Below are positions 34,701 to 64,000 of a stretch of 64,000 nucleotides of DNA, piece after piece. Source of the DNA: Macrostomum lignano (lineage: Eukaryota); assembly GCA_002269645.1 (NCBI GenBank), contig NIVC01000698.1, positions 1 to 64,000 on the forward strand, in the 5' to 3' direction. A program made the translations under genes and the position numbers. Position 1 is the first letter of the stretch. The number at the start of each line of letters is the position of its first letter. The notes below the pieces were generated by a model. That model saw only the letters and a program-made list of their open reading frames with translations. It was not told the DNA's origin and searched no databases.

Positions 34701-37700
34701 GATTGCACCTATTCCTCCACACTTCCGGTCCCGATAGTGTATATTTCTCCTAATTCCGGTTGCAGTGTGCATATTCCTCCATACTTCTGGTCCCAGATTG
34801 TGTATATTTCTTCTCACTTCCGGTTGCAGTGTGCATATTCCTCCATACTTCTAATCCAGATTTTGTAACTTGCTCCACACTTCCAGTCCCAGATCGTGTA
34901 TATTGCTCCACACTTCTGGTCTTAGATCGTGTGTATTGCTCCGCACTTCCGGTCCCAGATCGTATATATTGCTCCACACTTCTGGTCTTAGATCGTGTGT
35001 ATTGCTCCGCACTTCCGGTCCCAGATTGTGTATATTCCTCCTCACTTCCGGTCCCAGATTGTGTATATTTCTTCTCACTTCCGGTTGCAGTGTGCATATT
35101 CCTCCATACTTCTAATCCAGATTTTGTAACTTGCTCCGCACTTCCGGTCCCAGATCGTGTATATTCCTCCTCACTTCCGGTCCCAAATCGTGTATATTGC
35201 TCCATACTTCTGGTCTTAGGTCGTGTGTATTGCTCCGCACTTCCGGTCCCAGATTGTGTATATTCCTCCTCAATTCCGGTCCCAGATCGTGTATATTTCT
35301 CCTCACTTCCGGTTGCAGTGTGCATATTCCTTCATACTTCCAATCCAGATTTTGTAAATTGCTCTACACTTCCGGTCCCAGATCGTGTATATTCCTCCTC
35401 ACTTCCGGTCCCAGATTGCGTATATTGCTCCACACTTCTGGTCTTAGATCGTGTGTATTGCTCCGCACTTCCGGTCCCAGATCGTGTATATTCCTCCTCA
35501 CTTCCGGTCCCAGATTGCGTATATTGCTCCACACTTCTGGTCTTAGGTCGTGTGTATTGCTCCGCACTTCCGGTCCCAGATTGTGTATATTCCTCCTCAC
35601 TTCCGGTCCAGATTGTGTATATTCCTCACTTCCGGTCCAGATTGTGTATATTCCTCCTCACTTCCGGTCCAGATTGTGTATATTCCTCCTCACTTCCGGT
35701 CCAGATTGTGTATATTCCTCCTCACTTCCGGTCCAGATTGTGTATATTCCTCACTTCCGGTCCAGATTGTGTATATTCCTCAATTCCGGTCCAGATTGTG
35801 TATATTCCTCCTCACTTCCGGTCCAGATTGTGTATATTCCTCACTTCCGGTCCAGATTGTGTATATTCCTCCTCAATTCCGGTCCAGATTGTGTATATTG
35901 CTCCACACTTCTGGTCTTAGGTCGTGTGTATTGCTCCGCACTTCCGGTCCCAGATTGTGTATATTCCTCCTCACTTCCGGTCCAGATTGTGTATATTCCT
36001 CACTTCCGGTCCAGATTGTGTATATTCCTCCTCACTTCCGGTCCAGATTGTGTATATTCCTCACTTCCGGTCCAGATTGTGTATATTCCTCAATTCCGGT
36101 CCCAGATTGCGTATATTGCTCCACACTTCTGGTCTTAGATCGTGTGTATTGCTCCGCACTTCCGGTCCCAGATCGTGTATATTCCTCCTCACTTCCGGTC
36201 CCAGATTGCGTATATTGCTCCACACTTCTGGTCTTAGGTCGTGTGTATTGCTCCGCACTTCCGGTCCCAGATTGTGTATATTCCTCCTCACTTCCGGTCC
36301 AGATTGTGTATATTCCTCACTTCCGGTCCAGATTGTGTATATTCCTCCTCACTTCCGGTCCAGATTGTGTATATTCCTCCTCACTTCCGGTCCAGATTGT
36401 GTATATTCCTCCTCACTTCCGGTCCAGATTGTGTATATTCCTCACTTCCGGTCCAGATTGTGTATATTCCTCAATTCCGGTCCAGATTGTGTATATTCCT
36501 CCTCACTTCCGGTCCAGATTGTGTATATTCCTCACTTCCGGTCCAGATTGTGTATATTCCTCCTCACTTCCGGTCCAGATTGTGTATATTCCTCACTTCC
36601 GGTCCAGATTGTGTATATTCCTCAATTCCGGTCCCAGATTGCGTATATTGCTCCACACTTCTGGTCTTAGATCGTGTGTATTGCTCCGCACTTCCGGTCC
36701 CAGATCGTGTATATTCCTCCTCACTTCCGGTCCCAGATTGCGTATATTGCTCCACACTTCTGGTCTTAGGTCGTGTGTATTGCTCCGCACTTCCGGTCCC
36801 AGATTGTGTATATTCCTCCTCACTTCCGGTCCAGATTGTGTATATTCCTCACTTCCGGTCCAGATTGTGTATATTCCTCCTCACTTCCGGTCCAGATTGT
36901 GTATATTCCTCCTCACTTCCGGTCCAGATTGTGTATATTCCTCCTCACTTCCGGTCCAGATTGTGTATATTCCTCACTTCCGGTCCAGATTGTGTATATT
37001 CCTCAATTCCGGTCCAGATTGTGTATATTCCTCCTCACTTCCGGTCCAGATTGTGTATATTCCTCACTTCCGGTCCAGATTGTGTATATTCCTCCTCAAT
37101 TCCGGTCCAGATTGTGTATATTCCTCCTCACTTCCGGTCCAGATTGTGTATATTCCTCCTCACTTCCGGTCCAGATTGTGTATATTCCTCCTCACTTCCG
37201 GTCCAGATTGTGTATATTCCTCCTCACTTCCGGTCCCCTCGCAGAGGAGCTGGCCATGTACCTGCGCTACGCTAGACAATTGGACTTCTTCGAGACTCCC
37301 GATTATAATTACGCTCGCGGCCTATTCTTAAAACTGATGGAGCAGAGAGGCTGGCAGTGCGATTGGGACTTTGACTGGGTGTCTCGTCAAGATCGAACGG
37401 TGAGTTAATTTCGTCTAGCGCCTTTAGCGCCTTTAGGCTGTAGCGCCTTTGCGTCGTGTGTAGTTCAATTTGGCATTAAGAATAGAAATCAATTTAAATT
37501 AGCGCTAACAGATACAAACAGAAGCGTAGAAAAACAAAATAATCGCATTTAAAAAATGAATTAATTCGCAGGGCACGCCTGTCAGCGTTGCCAACGCAAC
37601 TGGGGAGCGAAACAAGCCGGCCGCCGCGCACCTGCAGCCCAAGGTGAGAGGAGGAGGATTAGCATTATCCGTCCTATTTAATTGTTATCGCTATTTATTA

Positions 37701-40700
37701 GGTAATATCAGCTTCTTGTCTTCTGTTTTAATCCTTCTATTGCCATGTACCATTTATTATTTTAATTTTTTGCACCGAAATTATCAGCCTAATAACTATT
37801 TGCATGTTCAAGTTTTCTACTAACTATACTACTTATCAAAGTTGCTTATAAATGAGTACTATTGTTGTGGTTGTTTTTTCAAATATTTATTGCTTGACAC
37901 TGACGCAGGCCGATCGGGATGCGGGCCAGAATGCCTCTGTTCAGGTAGTTAAATTGATCGTTCAGTCCAAGTGCTTGCTATCGGATTTAAATACGCCTTA
38001 TTAAATTTAAATTGGCGCCAGAAACTGGCGTTCACAGGCCGCACCTGCTTTGTATTTTGTTATTGCTCAGGAATATGCTATCAGTGTTTGCTATCGTGTG
38101 TGCGTGATTTTGCACTTTGCACCTAATTTGCAGATGTTTAGTTAGTGCTAAGTATTACTGATTATATATTAATGCACGCATGTGTACTTCATAGGGCTAC
38201 AGTTTCCAGTAAAGTAGCATAGAGACTGTGCATTTGCATTTGTGTACCTCTTCATGTACCACTTGTGGCTGTTGTTCCTGTTCCCCCGTTGCCATGCCAA
38301 CTATAGGATATTAAAGACTTGTTTAATATCTTGTTTAATATCTATGCATGGAGAAGATGCTCATAGGACTTTCTGCTGTATCCTGACTCCTGACACCCCA
38401 TGGGATCTGTGCTTTATCCTGACTCCTGACACCCCATGGGATCTGTGCTTTATCATGCAGACCCCTGACACCCCATGGGATCTGTGCTATATCCTGACTC
38501 CTGACACCCCATGGGATCTGTGCTTTATCCTGACTCCTGACACCCCATGGGATCTGTGCTTTATCCTGACCCCTGACACCCCAAAGGATCTGTGCTTTAT
38601 CCTGACTCCTGACACCCCATGGGATCTGTGCTTTATCCTGACTCCTGACACCCCATGGGATCTGTGCTTTATCCTGACCCCTGACACCCCATGGGATCTG
38701 TGCTTTATCCTGACCCCTGACACCCCATGGGATCTGTGCTTTATCCTGACCCCTGACACCCCATGGGATTCTGCTGTATCCTGACTCCTGACACCCCATG
38801 GGATCTGTGCTGTATCCTGACTCCTGACACCCCATGGGATCTGTGCTTTATCCTGACCCCTGACACCCCATGGGATCTGTGCTTTATCCTGACCCCTGAC
38901 ACCCCATGAGATTCTGCTGTATTCTCCCTGACTCCTGACACCCCATGGGATCTGTGCTGTATCTTGACCCCTGACACCCCATGGGATTCTGCTGTATCCT
39001 GACTCCTGACACCCCATGGGATCTGTGCTATATCCTGAACCCTGACACCCCATGGGATCTGCGCTTTATCCTGACCCCTGACACCCCATGAGATTCTGCT
39101 GTATTCTCCCTGACTCCTGACACCCCATGGGATCTGTGCTGTATCTTGACCCCTGACACCCCATGGGATTCTGCTGTATCCTGACTCCTGACACCCCATG
39201 GGATCTGTGCTATATCCTGACTTCTGACACCCCATGGGATCTGTGCTATATCCTGACTGCTGACACCCCATGGGATCTGTGCTGTATCCTGACCCCTGAC
39301 ACCCCATGGGATCTGTGCTGTATCCTGACTCCTGACACCCCATGGGATTCTGCTGTATCCTGAATCCTGACACCCCATGACGTTGACACCCTATAAAGTG
39401 TTATTTTATTTTGCGTCACTGTATTTTTTGAAGAACTGCTAATAGTTCGAATGAAAAGTGCAAAGCAAGTCTTCCACTGCGGCCTCTCATTCACCCCTGC
39501 ATCCAACCCCCCTGTCTGCTTGGTAATTTGAATTAGCCGGCAGCCAATCAACGGCAGTTTAGCTATCAGCCGATGCAGCAGAACAGCAACGGTCAGTCAG
39601 CTTATCAACATCAGCAGCAGCAGCAGCAGCACCGGCCGAGACCCAGTGTCAGTCAATTGGTAAAATTTTAATCTGACATTAGTCTGGCAAACAGACAGAA
39701 GTCTACAGGATGTATGCAGCGTGTAATATTATTAACTGTGACCTCTTGGTCTCTGCCCACCCTCTTCTGTCTATTTCTTGCGTGCATCTGCTTTAACAAA
39801 CTTCTGCAACTGCAGCCATGGCTTTGGTCTGTCTAATCTCAGTGTGGTCGCTTTCCGCTCTTGATTAACAAGACAAGACTTAAAGATAGGGGGTCTGTGT
39901 ACGGACATTGTCACACAACCGTCGAGAGGCATTACTGCCCATTCCACCGACTCCCCTGAGCAGGCACACACAGTCACACAGGAGTGTACAGCGGACCTAA
40001 TTTTATTTATCGTTAGTAACAATAATAATAATAATTGATTACACCTGCCCCAATTGGGGCAGATGTGCAACCGACAGCTCAGCCGCAGCTATTGCGCGGC
40101 GCATCTGAAGGCTGCGTACGGCTGTTCAGTCCAAGGACTGGGGGGTCGCCACACACCCTCAATTACCCCAGCTAATGCTGGCACCCATTTTACAGCTGGG
40201 TTAACTGAAGCAATGCAGAGTTAAGTGTCTTGCTCAAGGACACAAATTCTTCCGAGTGGAATTGGGCATCGAACCCCCGACCTTCAAGTCGTGAGTCGGA
40301 CGCTCTGACCACTGGGCTACATCCCTTTATTGTTAGGCATGCACACTTCACTGTGCCTTGGGGGTTGGCCCTCAAGGACGTAACGAGCAGAGCCAAGCCG
40401 TAATTCCAATTTAGCCCCAAATTAATGCGACTGCACTGGGAATCGAGCCTGGGCCGCTGGCACACCAGAGCGCCGCGCCAGACCGCTGGGCTACGGCCCC
40501 CATCTAACATCTTTCTGCTTGCAGTTTGTTTTTTTTAATTAACTTCGGTGCAGAAATACTAATGCGTATCAGCTGGCGGCAAATTGAAAGCGCAAAAAAA
40601 TAATTTCATCTATCTGTTTTGTGTACATCTTCGCACTATATGCTTGTCAGAATCTTGATTAACTCATTTCTGGTGATTGGTGATGGTTCAATCATTTTTT

Positions 40701-41964
40701 TTCCATTAACTTGTCAGTGATTCGTGATTTTGCGCTAGGTTCATTATTATTCATCCGTGTTGGCGTAATCTAACTCTCTATCTAGATACCTGACTCTGTG
40801 TCTGCATGTCTGACTCTCTGTCTGCATATCTGACTCTTTGTCTGCATGTCTGACTCTCTGTCTGCATGTCTGACTCTCTGTCTGCATGTCTGACTCTCTG
40901 TCTGCATGTCTGACTCTTTGTCTGCATTTCTGACTCTGTGTCTGCATGTCTGACTCTTTGTCTGCATATCTGACTCTCTGTCTGCATGTCTGACTCTGTG
41001 TCTGGATATCTGACTCTATCTGCATGTCTGACCCTCTTTGTCTGGATATCTGACTCTGTGTCTGCATATCTGACTCTTTGTCTGCATATCTGACTCTCTG
41101 TCTGCATGTCTGACTCTCTGTCTGCATGTCTGACTCTTTGTCTGCATATCTGACTCTTTGTCTGCATATTTGACTCTTTGTCTGCATGTCTGACTCTTTG
41201 TCTGCATTTCTGACTCTGTGTCTGCATGTCTGACTCTCTGTCTGCATGTCTGACTCTTTGTCTGCATATCTGACTCTTTGTCTGCATGTCTGACTCTCTG
41301 TCTGCATGTCTGACTCTCTGTCTGCATGTCTGACTCTTTGTCTGCATGTCTGACTCTTTGTCTGCATGTCTGACTCTGTGTCTGGATATCTGACTCTATC
41401 TGCATGTCTGACCCTCTTTGTCTGGATATCTGACTGTCTGGATATCTGACTCTTTGTCTGGATATCTGACTCTTTGTCTGGATATCTGACTCTTTGTCTG
41501 GATATCTGACTCTTTGTCTGGATATCTGACTCTTTGTCTAGATATCTGACTCTCTGATTCTTTGTCTGGATACCTGACTGACTCTTTGTCTGCATGTCTG
41601 ACTCTCTTTGTCTGCATGTCTGGCTGTCTAACTCTGAGATGTCTGATTCTCTTTCTGGGTGTCTGACTTTCTGTATCTGTTGTTGGAAAGCTCGAATTTT
41701 TAGCCTAAAAAATTTGTATTGCTTTGGAATTTTTCTATTATCTTTAAGCAGTCCGATCAAAACTCCATCAGTTCAATAATGTAATTTAGCTCGCCTGATT
41801 AATCTCGCCCTGTATAAAACTCGCCATATTTCATATCGCTATTTTGACCCGGCATGTCATCATCATCATCACTGCCCTCAGGTTGCCGCTTCGATGACCT
41901 TCGATCAGCAGCCGTCCGACGGTGGCGCAGGCGGGCCATCAGTGCCCGGCGGCGGCGGTGGCGG

Positions 41965-41995
<31 letters not shown>

Positions 41996-42193
41996 GGCGG
42001 CGGCGGCAGATTCGGCGACATCGACTTTGACGACGATGTATCGGCGTCAGACGCCAAGTGCTGCTTCTTTCGGCGGCGTCGGGGCCGCAATCACAGGAAA
42101 TCCTCAGCCAGAGCCCCCCAGCAGCAGCAGCAGCAGCATCAGATGCGCCAGATGCAATCCCGCAGCAGCAATAACAACTGGATGGCGTCCTAG
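31706..42193 (+). CDS. CSNK1G: Casein kinase 1 gamma (gilgamesh-like), 8 exons, about 509 aa after correcting one frameshift
   Basis: Exons 31706-32130, 33283-33517, 34335-34505, 37245-37399, 37572-37643, 37909-37944, 39537-39659 (less certain), 41882-42193. Motifs [82 protein letters not shown] and the gamma-type C-terminal KCCFFRRRR. One C is missing in the run at 31977-31980. Confidence 0.93.
32205..33260. repeat. 22-bp minisatellite, CK1gamma intron 1
   Basis: Unit GCTGGATTTAGGTTCAGAACC(A/C), interrupted at 32961-33070. Confidence 0.95.
32961..33070. mobile_element. 110-bp hAT-type MITE inserted in a minisatellite
   Basis: 11-bp TIR CAGGGACAACT / AGTTGTCCCTG. Flanks GGTTCAGA and TGTTCAGA form an 8-bp TSD with one mismatch. 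Confidence 0.8.
34730..37236. repeat. About 29-33-bp minisatellite with higher-order structure, CK1gamma intron 3
   Basis: Unit ACTTCCGGT(C)CCAGATTGTGTATATTCCTC(CTC). Related ACTTCCGG units also occur at about 33580-33950 in intron 2. Confidence 0.95.
38370..39378. repeat. 36-bp minisatellite, CK1gamma intron 6
   Basis: Unit TATCCTGACTCCTGACACCCCATGGGATCTGTGCTT. Confidence 0.95.
40017..40325 (-). mobile_element. tRNA-derived SINE with a CORE-like central domain
   Basis: tRNA-like head with A box (TAGCCCAGTGG) and B box (GGTTCGATGCC), body GTGTCCTTGAGCAAGACACTTAAC...CTGTAAAATGGG, 3' hairpin CTGCCCCAATTGGGGCAG and (TTA)n tail. TSD TTTATCGTTAG (40006-40016) / TTTATTGTTAG (40326-40336). Confidence 0.85.
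40785..41640. repeat. 20-bp minisatellite, CK1gamma intron 7
   Basis: Unit TCTGCATGTCTGACTCT(C/T)TG. Confidence 0.95.
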
Positions 42194-42409
42194 TGACCGC
42201 CACTTTGCCCGACGCTCTGCTTTTTGCTAGAAGCATTTCTCCTGATCGCGGGTCTGCGTTCTGCAGGTTAAAAATCGAATACTGAGAAATGATAAACAAA
42301 CTTGGGCAGTTCAGTAGGTGTTCACCCGTCTCACAGGTGTGTCTTGATTATTAAAATATTTTTTCTGATTAATAAAAAACTGGTTGGAATACCTAAATCA
42401 GACTGAAAA

Positions 42410-42640
42410 CCAGGCGCACCTTAATTAGTCCATAACAGAGGTGTTTTATTGCAGGCGCACCTTAATTAGTCCATAGCAGGGGTTTTTTATTGCAGGCGCA
42501 CCTTAATTAGTCCATAGCAGGGGTGTTTTATTGCAGGCGCACCTTAATTAGTCCATAGCAGGGGTGTTTTATTGCAGGCGCACCTTAATTAGTTCATAGC
42601 AGGGGAGTTTTATTGCAGGCGCACCTTAATTAGTCCAAAA
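42410..42640. repeat. 41-bp minisatellite 3' of CK1gamma
   Basis: Unit CAGGCGCACCTTAATTAGTCCATAGCAGGGGTGTTTTATTG, about 5 copies. Confidence 0.9.
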
Positions 42641-43809
42641 ATCACACCTTTTAGTCATCTATAATTAAAGTGTTTATGACTAAAGTAAGTTCTTATCGAC
42701 ACAATTCATAATTCAGACACACCTGGGCACGAAGGCACGTGTGCACACACACCTATTTAAACGAATTTAAATGCAAAACTGATTTCATGTAGCGTCTCTG
42801 TTATTTGGCTTGCAGTTTCTCTGGCTTTTTCTCTTCTGCGAATCTGTTGCGTTCGCTGCTTGCGCTCCTCTGTCACCCCCGCGGCGGCCGCTATTAATCT
42901 CATTTGTATTCGAGCAATCCGACTGGCAATAGCTGTACATAAGCCTGGTTGCTACTGTTAGTAGGCACAGCGAGGGCGACAATCCGCTTCTTTTTCTCTC
43001 TCTCTCCCGCGCGCGTGCAAATGTGTAAGCATTGCATTAGTACTTTGTATTGTACTTGAAAGCTGCTCTTATCGCAGTAAGTATGTTATTAATTGTGCTA
43101 TATTCATTGTTTACTAATAGCTCTGTTCTCCAAAGTACACTGTGTACCGTTTGTCAACCAGCCATGTTCCTGTCAACTCTGGGAGTTTCTTGATTTCAAA
43201 AGCAGATATCAGTTTACGTAAAAGTACAAGTTGCGATTTCGCCGCGAACTTGCTAGATGGCATTGTGGCGGTCAGTTTCACTTCTTGCATATCCGAATTA
43301 TTATTTAATTATTATTTAATCTTCCCGTTTTAAATAAACAATAACTTGATTGTTAAATATTCACTCTCCTTCGCCACTAAACAGCTTATCGTATTACCGC
43401 TACTCTTTCACTGCGTCCTAACTTTGAGCGCCTGGCGCCCCATTCTGCCCGTATTGTACTGCACGCATGCGCATATTTTTAATACTATCAACTTTCTATA
43501 GCACGCTTTTTCCGCTCTTTCTACTCGCAGTAGCGTTGTCGCTTATTAGTCACGATTAAAATAAAACTAATTGCTAAGTTTGCATTCGCTGTTGCCAATA
43601 ATGCTTTTTTATTTTTTTTTATTCTAATTGTGTTATTTATCTGAATATGTTGCTTTCTGTTTGTACTGTAGACAACTGACGTCTTGGAGGATTTCTTAGT
43701 AAAAATATCAGAACTTCCTAATTGATTTCTATTGACATTAGCTTTAATCTATGTACAATTCTTTTTTAAAGTCTAACATTTTTCAAAAGTACATTTGATT
43801 CTAATTGAA

Positions 43810-44440
43810 TTCAATGAATCCGATATGTATCGACAATAGCTTTAATTCAAATTCAATTTAATGAATCCGATATGTATCGATAACAGCTTTAATTCAAATT
43901 CAATTTAATGAATCCGATATGTATCGATAACAGCTTTAATTCAAATTCAATTTAATGAATCCGATATGTATCGATAACAGCTTTAATTCAAATTCAATTT
44001 AATGAATCCGATATGTATCGATAACAGCTTTAATTCAAATTCAATTTAATGAATCCGATATGTATCGATAATAGCTTTAATTCAGATTCAATTTAATGAA
44101 TCCGATATGTATCGATAACAGCTTTAATTCAAATTCAATTTAATGAATCCGATATGTATCGATAACAGCTTTAGTTCAAATTCAATTTAATGAATCCGAT
44201 ATGTATCGATAAAATATTTAATTCAAATTCAATTTAATGAATCCGATATGTATCGATAACAGCTTTAATTCAAATTCTATTTAATGAATTCGATATGTAT
44301 CGATAACAGCTTTAATTCAAGTTCAATTTAATGAACCCGATATGTATCGATAATAGGTTTAATTGAAATCAATGAGTCCGATATATATTGATACTAGGTT
44401 TAATTCAAATTCAATTCAATGACCCCGATATGTATCGAAA
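43810..44440. repeat. 47-bp minisatellite, intergenic
   Basis: Unit AATGAATCCGATATGTATCGATAACAGCTTTAATTCAAATTCAATTT. Confidence 0.95.
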
Positions 44441-45914
44441 GTACTACTTTTTTGCAGTTCAATTCTTAGAATCCGTTGTATACAGAAATCAATATCAAAA
44501 TAGATTTCGAATTAATGCTTTAGAATCGATTATTCGCGAATTCTCTCCTTTCCCGTCTGCTTGTATTTGCCAACGAAAAGCACTTTGTGCAAGCCTTGCT
44601 TTGGACGGACATTGCACAGCTGTCAATTGTCAACTAAGCTTATCTATTTTATTTTGAAAGCCCTCAACCTGCTTGATCGAATGCTAGGCTTTGTATCTTC
44701 TTATATATTAATTTTTTTCCTTTTCAATTCAATTTTCTGTTGTCTTGTGCGCTGCTATGAGTACCAGTATGCGGGTATTGATAAGCTGGGCCCTGTGGAT
44801 TCGTTGTATTTAAAACTATTTTAATAGTTAAATCTATAACTACTTAGTATGCCCAACTGCGTTGGCTTTTGTATTAAATGCACCATCTTTGGAAAGTTTT
44901 TTGCTCGTTTCAGACTACTGAAATGCGTGCGTCTTACTACTTATCTGTTCTTACATGTATGTTATGCGTCTTTTGGACACGCTAAAATTGAAATAAATAA
45001 ATTCTGCACTGCAGCGCCCAATGCTCTGCTCTTACTACTGCCTGCCTATTAGTAGTAGGATGGGGTAAATCGCTGCAGCCGCGGTGCAATTTGTGAAGCC
45101 TATTTTTCTCTGTATTTAATGACACCACTGAAATGCGGAAGTTTTAATTATTTGTTGTTTCCCTGATTCACTGTTTACTACTATTAAGTAGTCTGTACAG
45201 TAAGTAGTATCAAAGCGCATAACGATTACCAAAATTAAATGGGCATTAGAGACGTTACAGTATTTGAAGGCCAAATTTCTCTGTGAATTTGTAACAAGAA
45301 AAAGTTTAATGTTAAGTTTTCTTTAAGTTAATCAACTTGGGATCTTGTTTTTAGAAAATTACAAAAAATGACACAAACAAGATGTACAAACGAGTATGTA
45401 TAGACGAGATCGGTGATAAACATGCTTTTCTAGTCTACATGTGCATGCATTGTGCACACTAGTACGCGCAGGTTTAACAGGGGGGGGGGGGCGAGGACCC
45501 CTAAATTGGCTCGGCTGGCCTGCATTGAATGTCCATGGCTTCTGGGTCTTTTAGAGAAATGGGAAAAGGCCAGTTCAATCAAAGAATTTGAGCCCAGAGA
45601 TCGCACTCTCGGATGTGCAAGTTTGAACTCTGTACATGTAAATGTGCACAATACATGTACATACTGTATCACGGACAGCCGAAGCAGATGTACTGAATTC
45701 CTCGTATTTTAATTTCAGTCTTAGGAAATCCTTGCACTGCGCGATAAGTACACTAGGTACATGTACATACTGCTGTACGATGAGCGGATGAGGCGAGCGC
45801 GGTGACTTCATGTACATGATAGTAACTGCAGTACAGCAGTTCCATAGTTCTGGTTAGCATCATTGAAATTTTTCAACGCGATGTACATGTGCTATGCTTA
45901 AGCCTGCCGGCCAA

Positions 45915-62296
<16,382 letters not shown>

Positions 62297-62513
62297 TGCG
62301 AAACCAAGCCTTCAGCATCCGTTTGAAACTTCAATATTGGCGATTGACTTGCGAGGGTCTGGTTTGCGATCAATAATTCTGCAAGCTTTTACAGAGGATT
62401 CCGGATGTCTGCTTTCTCATTGGCTGAAGGCTGGCTGGGATTGGCTGGGCCTGCAGCTGGCACCGGATTAGCTGTCTTTGCTGCTGGGGTCTGCCTGCCT
62501 GCGTATCAGATAT

Positions 62514-62700
<187 letters not shown>

Positions 62701-63405
62701 GATATATCTTAATTTTCAAACAGTTATGCTCTTACTGACTAATTTTCTACTTAAAGTAGGCTTGTCCGAAAACTTTTGATAAAATGATGATCTCGTCAAA
62801 AAATTGAATTTGTTGGTAAGATTACTTCGGAAAATATTTGAAAAGCATCCACAGCTACTTCATAAGAGAACTGTATTTTTTAGCTAAAGCAATTGTCATT
62901 GAGCCAGACAAAAATGAGATGTTTTAATAGATAAGTCAGGTGCAAGACAGGTATAGACAGGTCATTTTTTTCACTAAAGTATTCGCATGAAATATTTCGA
63001 AAAAATCAAAGCTACCGCGGTGAATAAAACGCGAATATACTACAAAATTTGCCAGCTACTGTTAGTAATATTTGTACACACGCTAAAATTTTAAACATAT
63101 CTATATAATCTTCCGCATGCACAGCAGGTAAAGCATCGCGTTATCAATTGAAACATCAAGCAAAAGAGTTGGCGCCATAGTCGATATTTGTCAACTTGTT
63201 TACAAAAATACTTCATTTCGTAGAAATTGACCACCAGAAACTGAAACTTTATCAACCAATATGAGAAATTGTTTTATTCCAATTTCTTGAAATATTATTC
63301 ACTTTATAATTCTTAGAAACCAATTTCATATTTGTTATTTTTTGAGAATTTATCCCACTAAGTAATAAAACAAAAAATGCATTTTTACACGTCAATTCGG
63401 GTTTT

Positions 63406-63825
63406 TTATTGGCCGCAGAGGCGCCTGCGCGAATGCCGACCATCTGGCGAACGGCATCGAGGAGAGGCGCCGCCGCAGTCAATGGGCGCCGCCACCGTCG
63501 TCGGATCGACAACGACGGAATTGGCGGCGGCGCTGAACTTTCGAACCAGCGCCGACTTCTTGGCGCTCTCCGGCATGGCCTGCACAGCGGCGTAGAGCTG
63601 CGCCACCTGCAGCTGCGTGTAGTCGCGCCCGCCCAGCCGGCTGGCGGTCGAGCGGTCAACGAAATTCATGCACACGTCGACTGCTTCGTCGTTATCGTCG
63701 TCGCTATCGGCGTCGGCGTCAAGGACTTCGTCGGCTTCGCGGCTGCAGCTGCGACTGCGGCTGTAGCACCGACTGCGCTCGGTCGAGAGACTGCGCATGG
63801 CGTCGATGACCAGGTGCTCGGGGAC
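63406..63825 (-). CDS. Probable terminal coding exon of an unidentified gene continuing beyond the window
   Basis: Branch point ACTAAC plus acceptor CCAACCAG, then an open GC-rich frame VPEHLVIDAMRSLS...DADADSDDDNDE...RRRLCGQ* followed by AT-rich sequence. Confidence 0.6.
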   Translation of the reverse strand, partial: VPEHLVIDAMRSLSTERSRCYSRSRSCSREADEVLDADADSDDDNDEAVDVCMNFVDRSTASRLGGRDYTQLQVAQLYAAVQAMPESAKKSALVRKFSAAANSVVVDPTTVAAPIDCGGASPRCRSPDGRHSRRRLCGQ

Positions 63826-64000
63826 CTGGTTGGCGGGGTGGTCAGGTTAGTTAGTCTATTCAAGGCGACAGGCACATGCTCACACATGGTGTACAGCGGC
63901 ACCTTGTTTGACTCTTTGACACGAGTCAAAACGAATCATAATGTATTTTTCTAGCTATACTACTTAGTAGGTAGCATCTCAATCTTATCAAATCGAAAAA

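Noticed and set aside
44661-44692. ALNLLDRMLGF peptide after an AG, resembling the MAPK ALDLLDKML motif
   Set aside because: It does not continue with NP.KRI, the donor is weak and no other MAPK exons are nearby; probably chance.
63409-63954. Plus-strand 181-aa ORF
   Set aside because: Likely the GC-rich antisense shadow; the minus strand has the branch point, acceptor and terminal-exon context.

Overview
Eukaryotic (animal) genomic DNA with spliceosomal introns packed with minisatellites. The style suggests a flatworm such as Macrostomum, which is an inference and not shown by the sequence. 1.36-11.73 kb is a nested pair of hAT DNA transposons, both with recognisable TIRs and perfect 8-bp TSDs. 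The inner 6.5-kb element interrupts the outer transposase at a YPA/LDL codon junction. It carries a signal-peptide plus lamin-tail-like cargo ORF that a 131-nt GT-AG intron joins in frame to a ZNF862-type transposase; this is the most unusual feature of the window. Three host genes can be assembled exon by exon: a CNNM Mg2+ transporter (+, 7 exons), casein kinase 1 gamma (+, 8 exons, one homopolymer frameshift) and an EVA-1-like protein with two SUEL lectin domains and a transmembrane helix (-, 6 exons). The terminal exon of a fourth, unidentified gene lies at the right edge. Small MITEs, a CORE-like SINE, a decayed RNase H-bearing LINE and nearly CpG-free relic blocks fill the intergenic space. 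Most ORFs in the supplied track are translations of tandem repeats.
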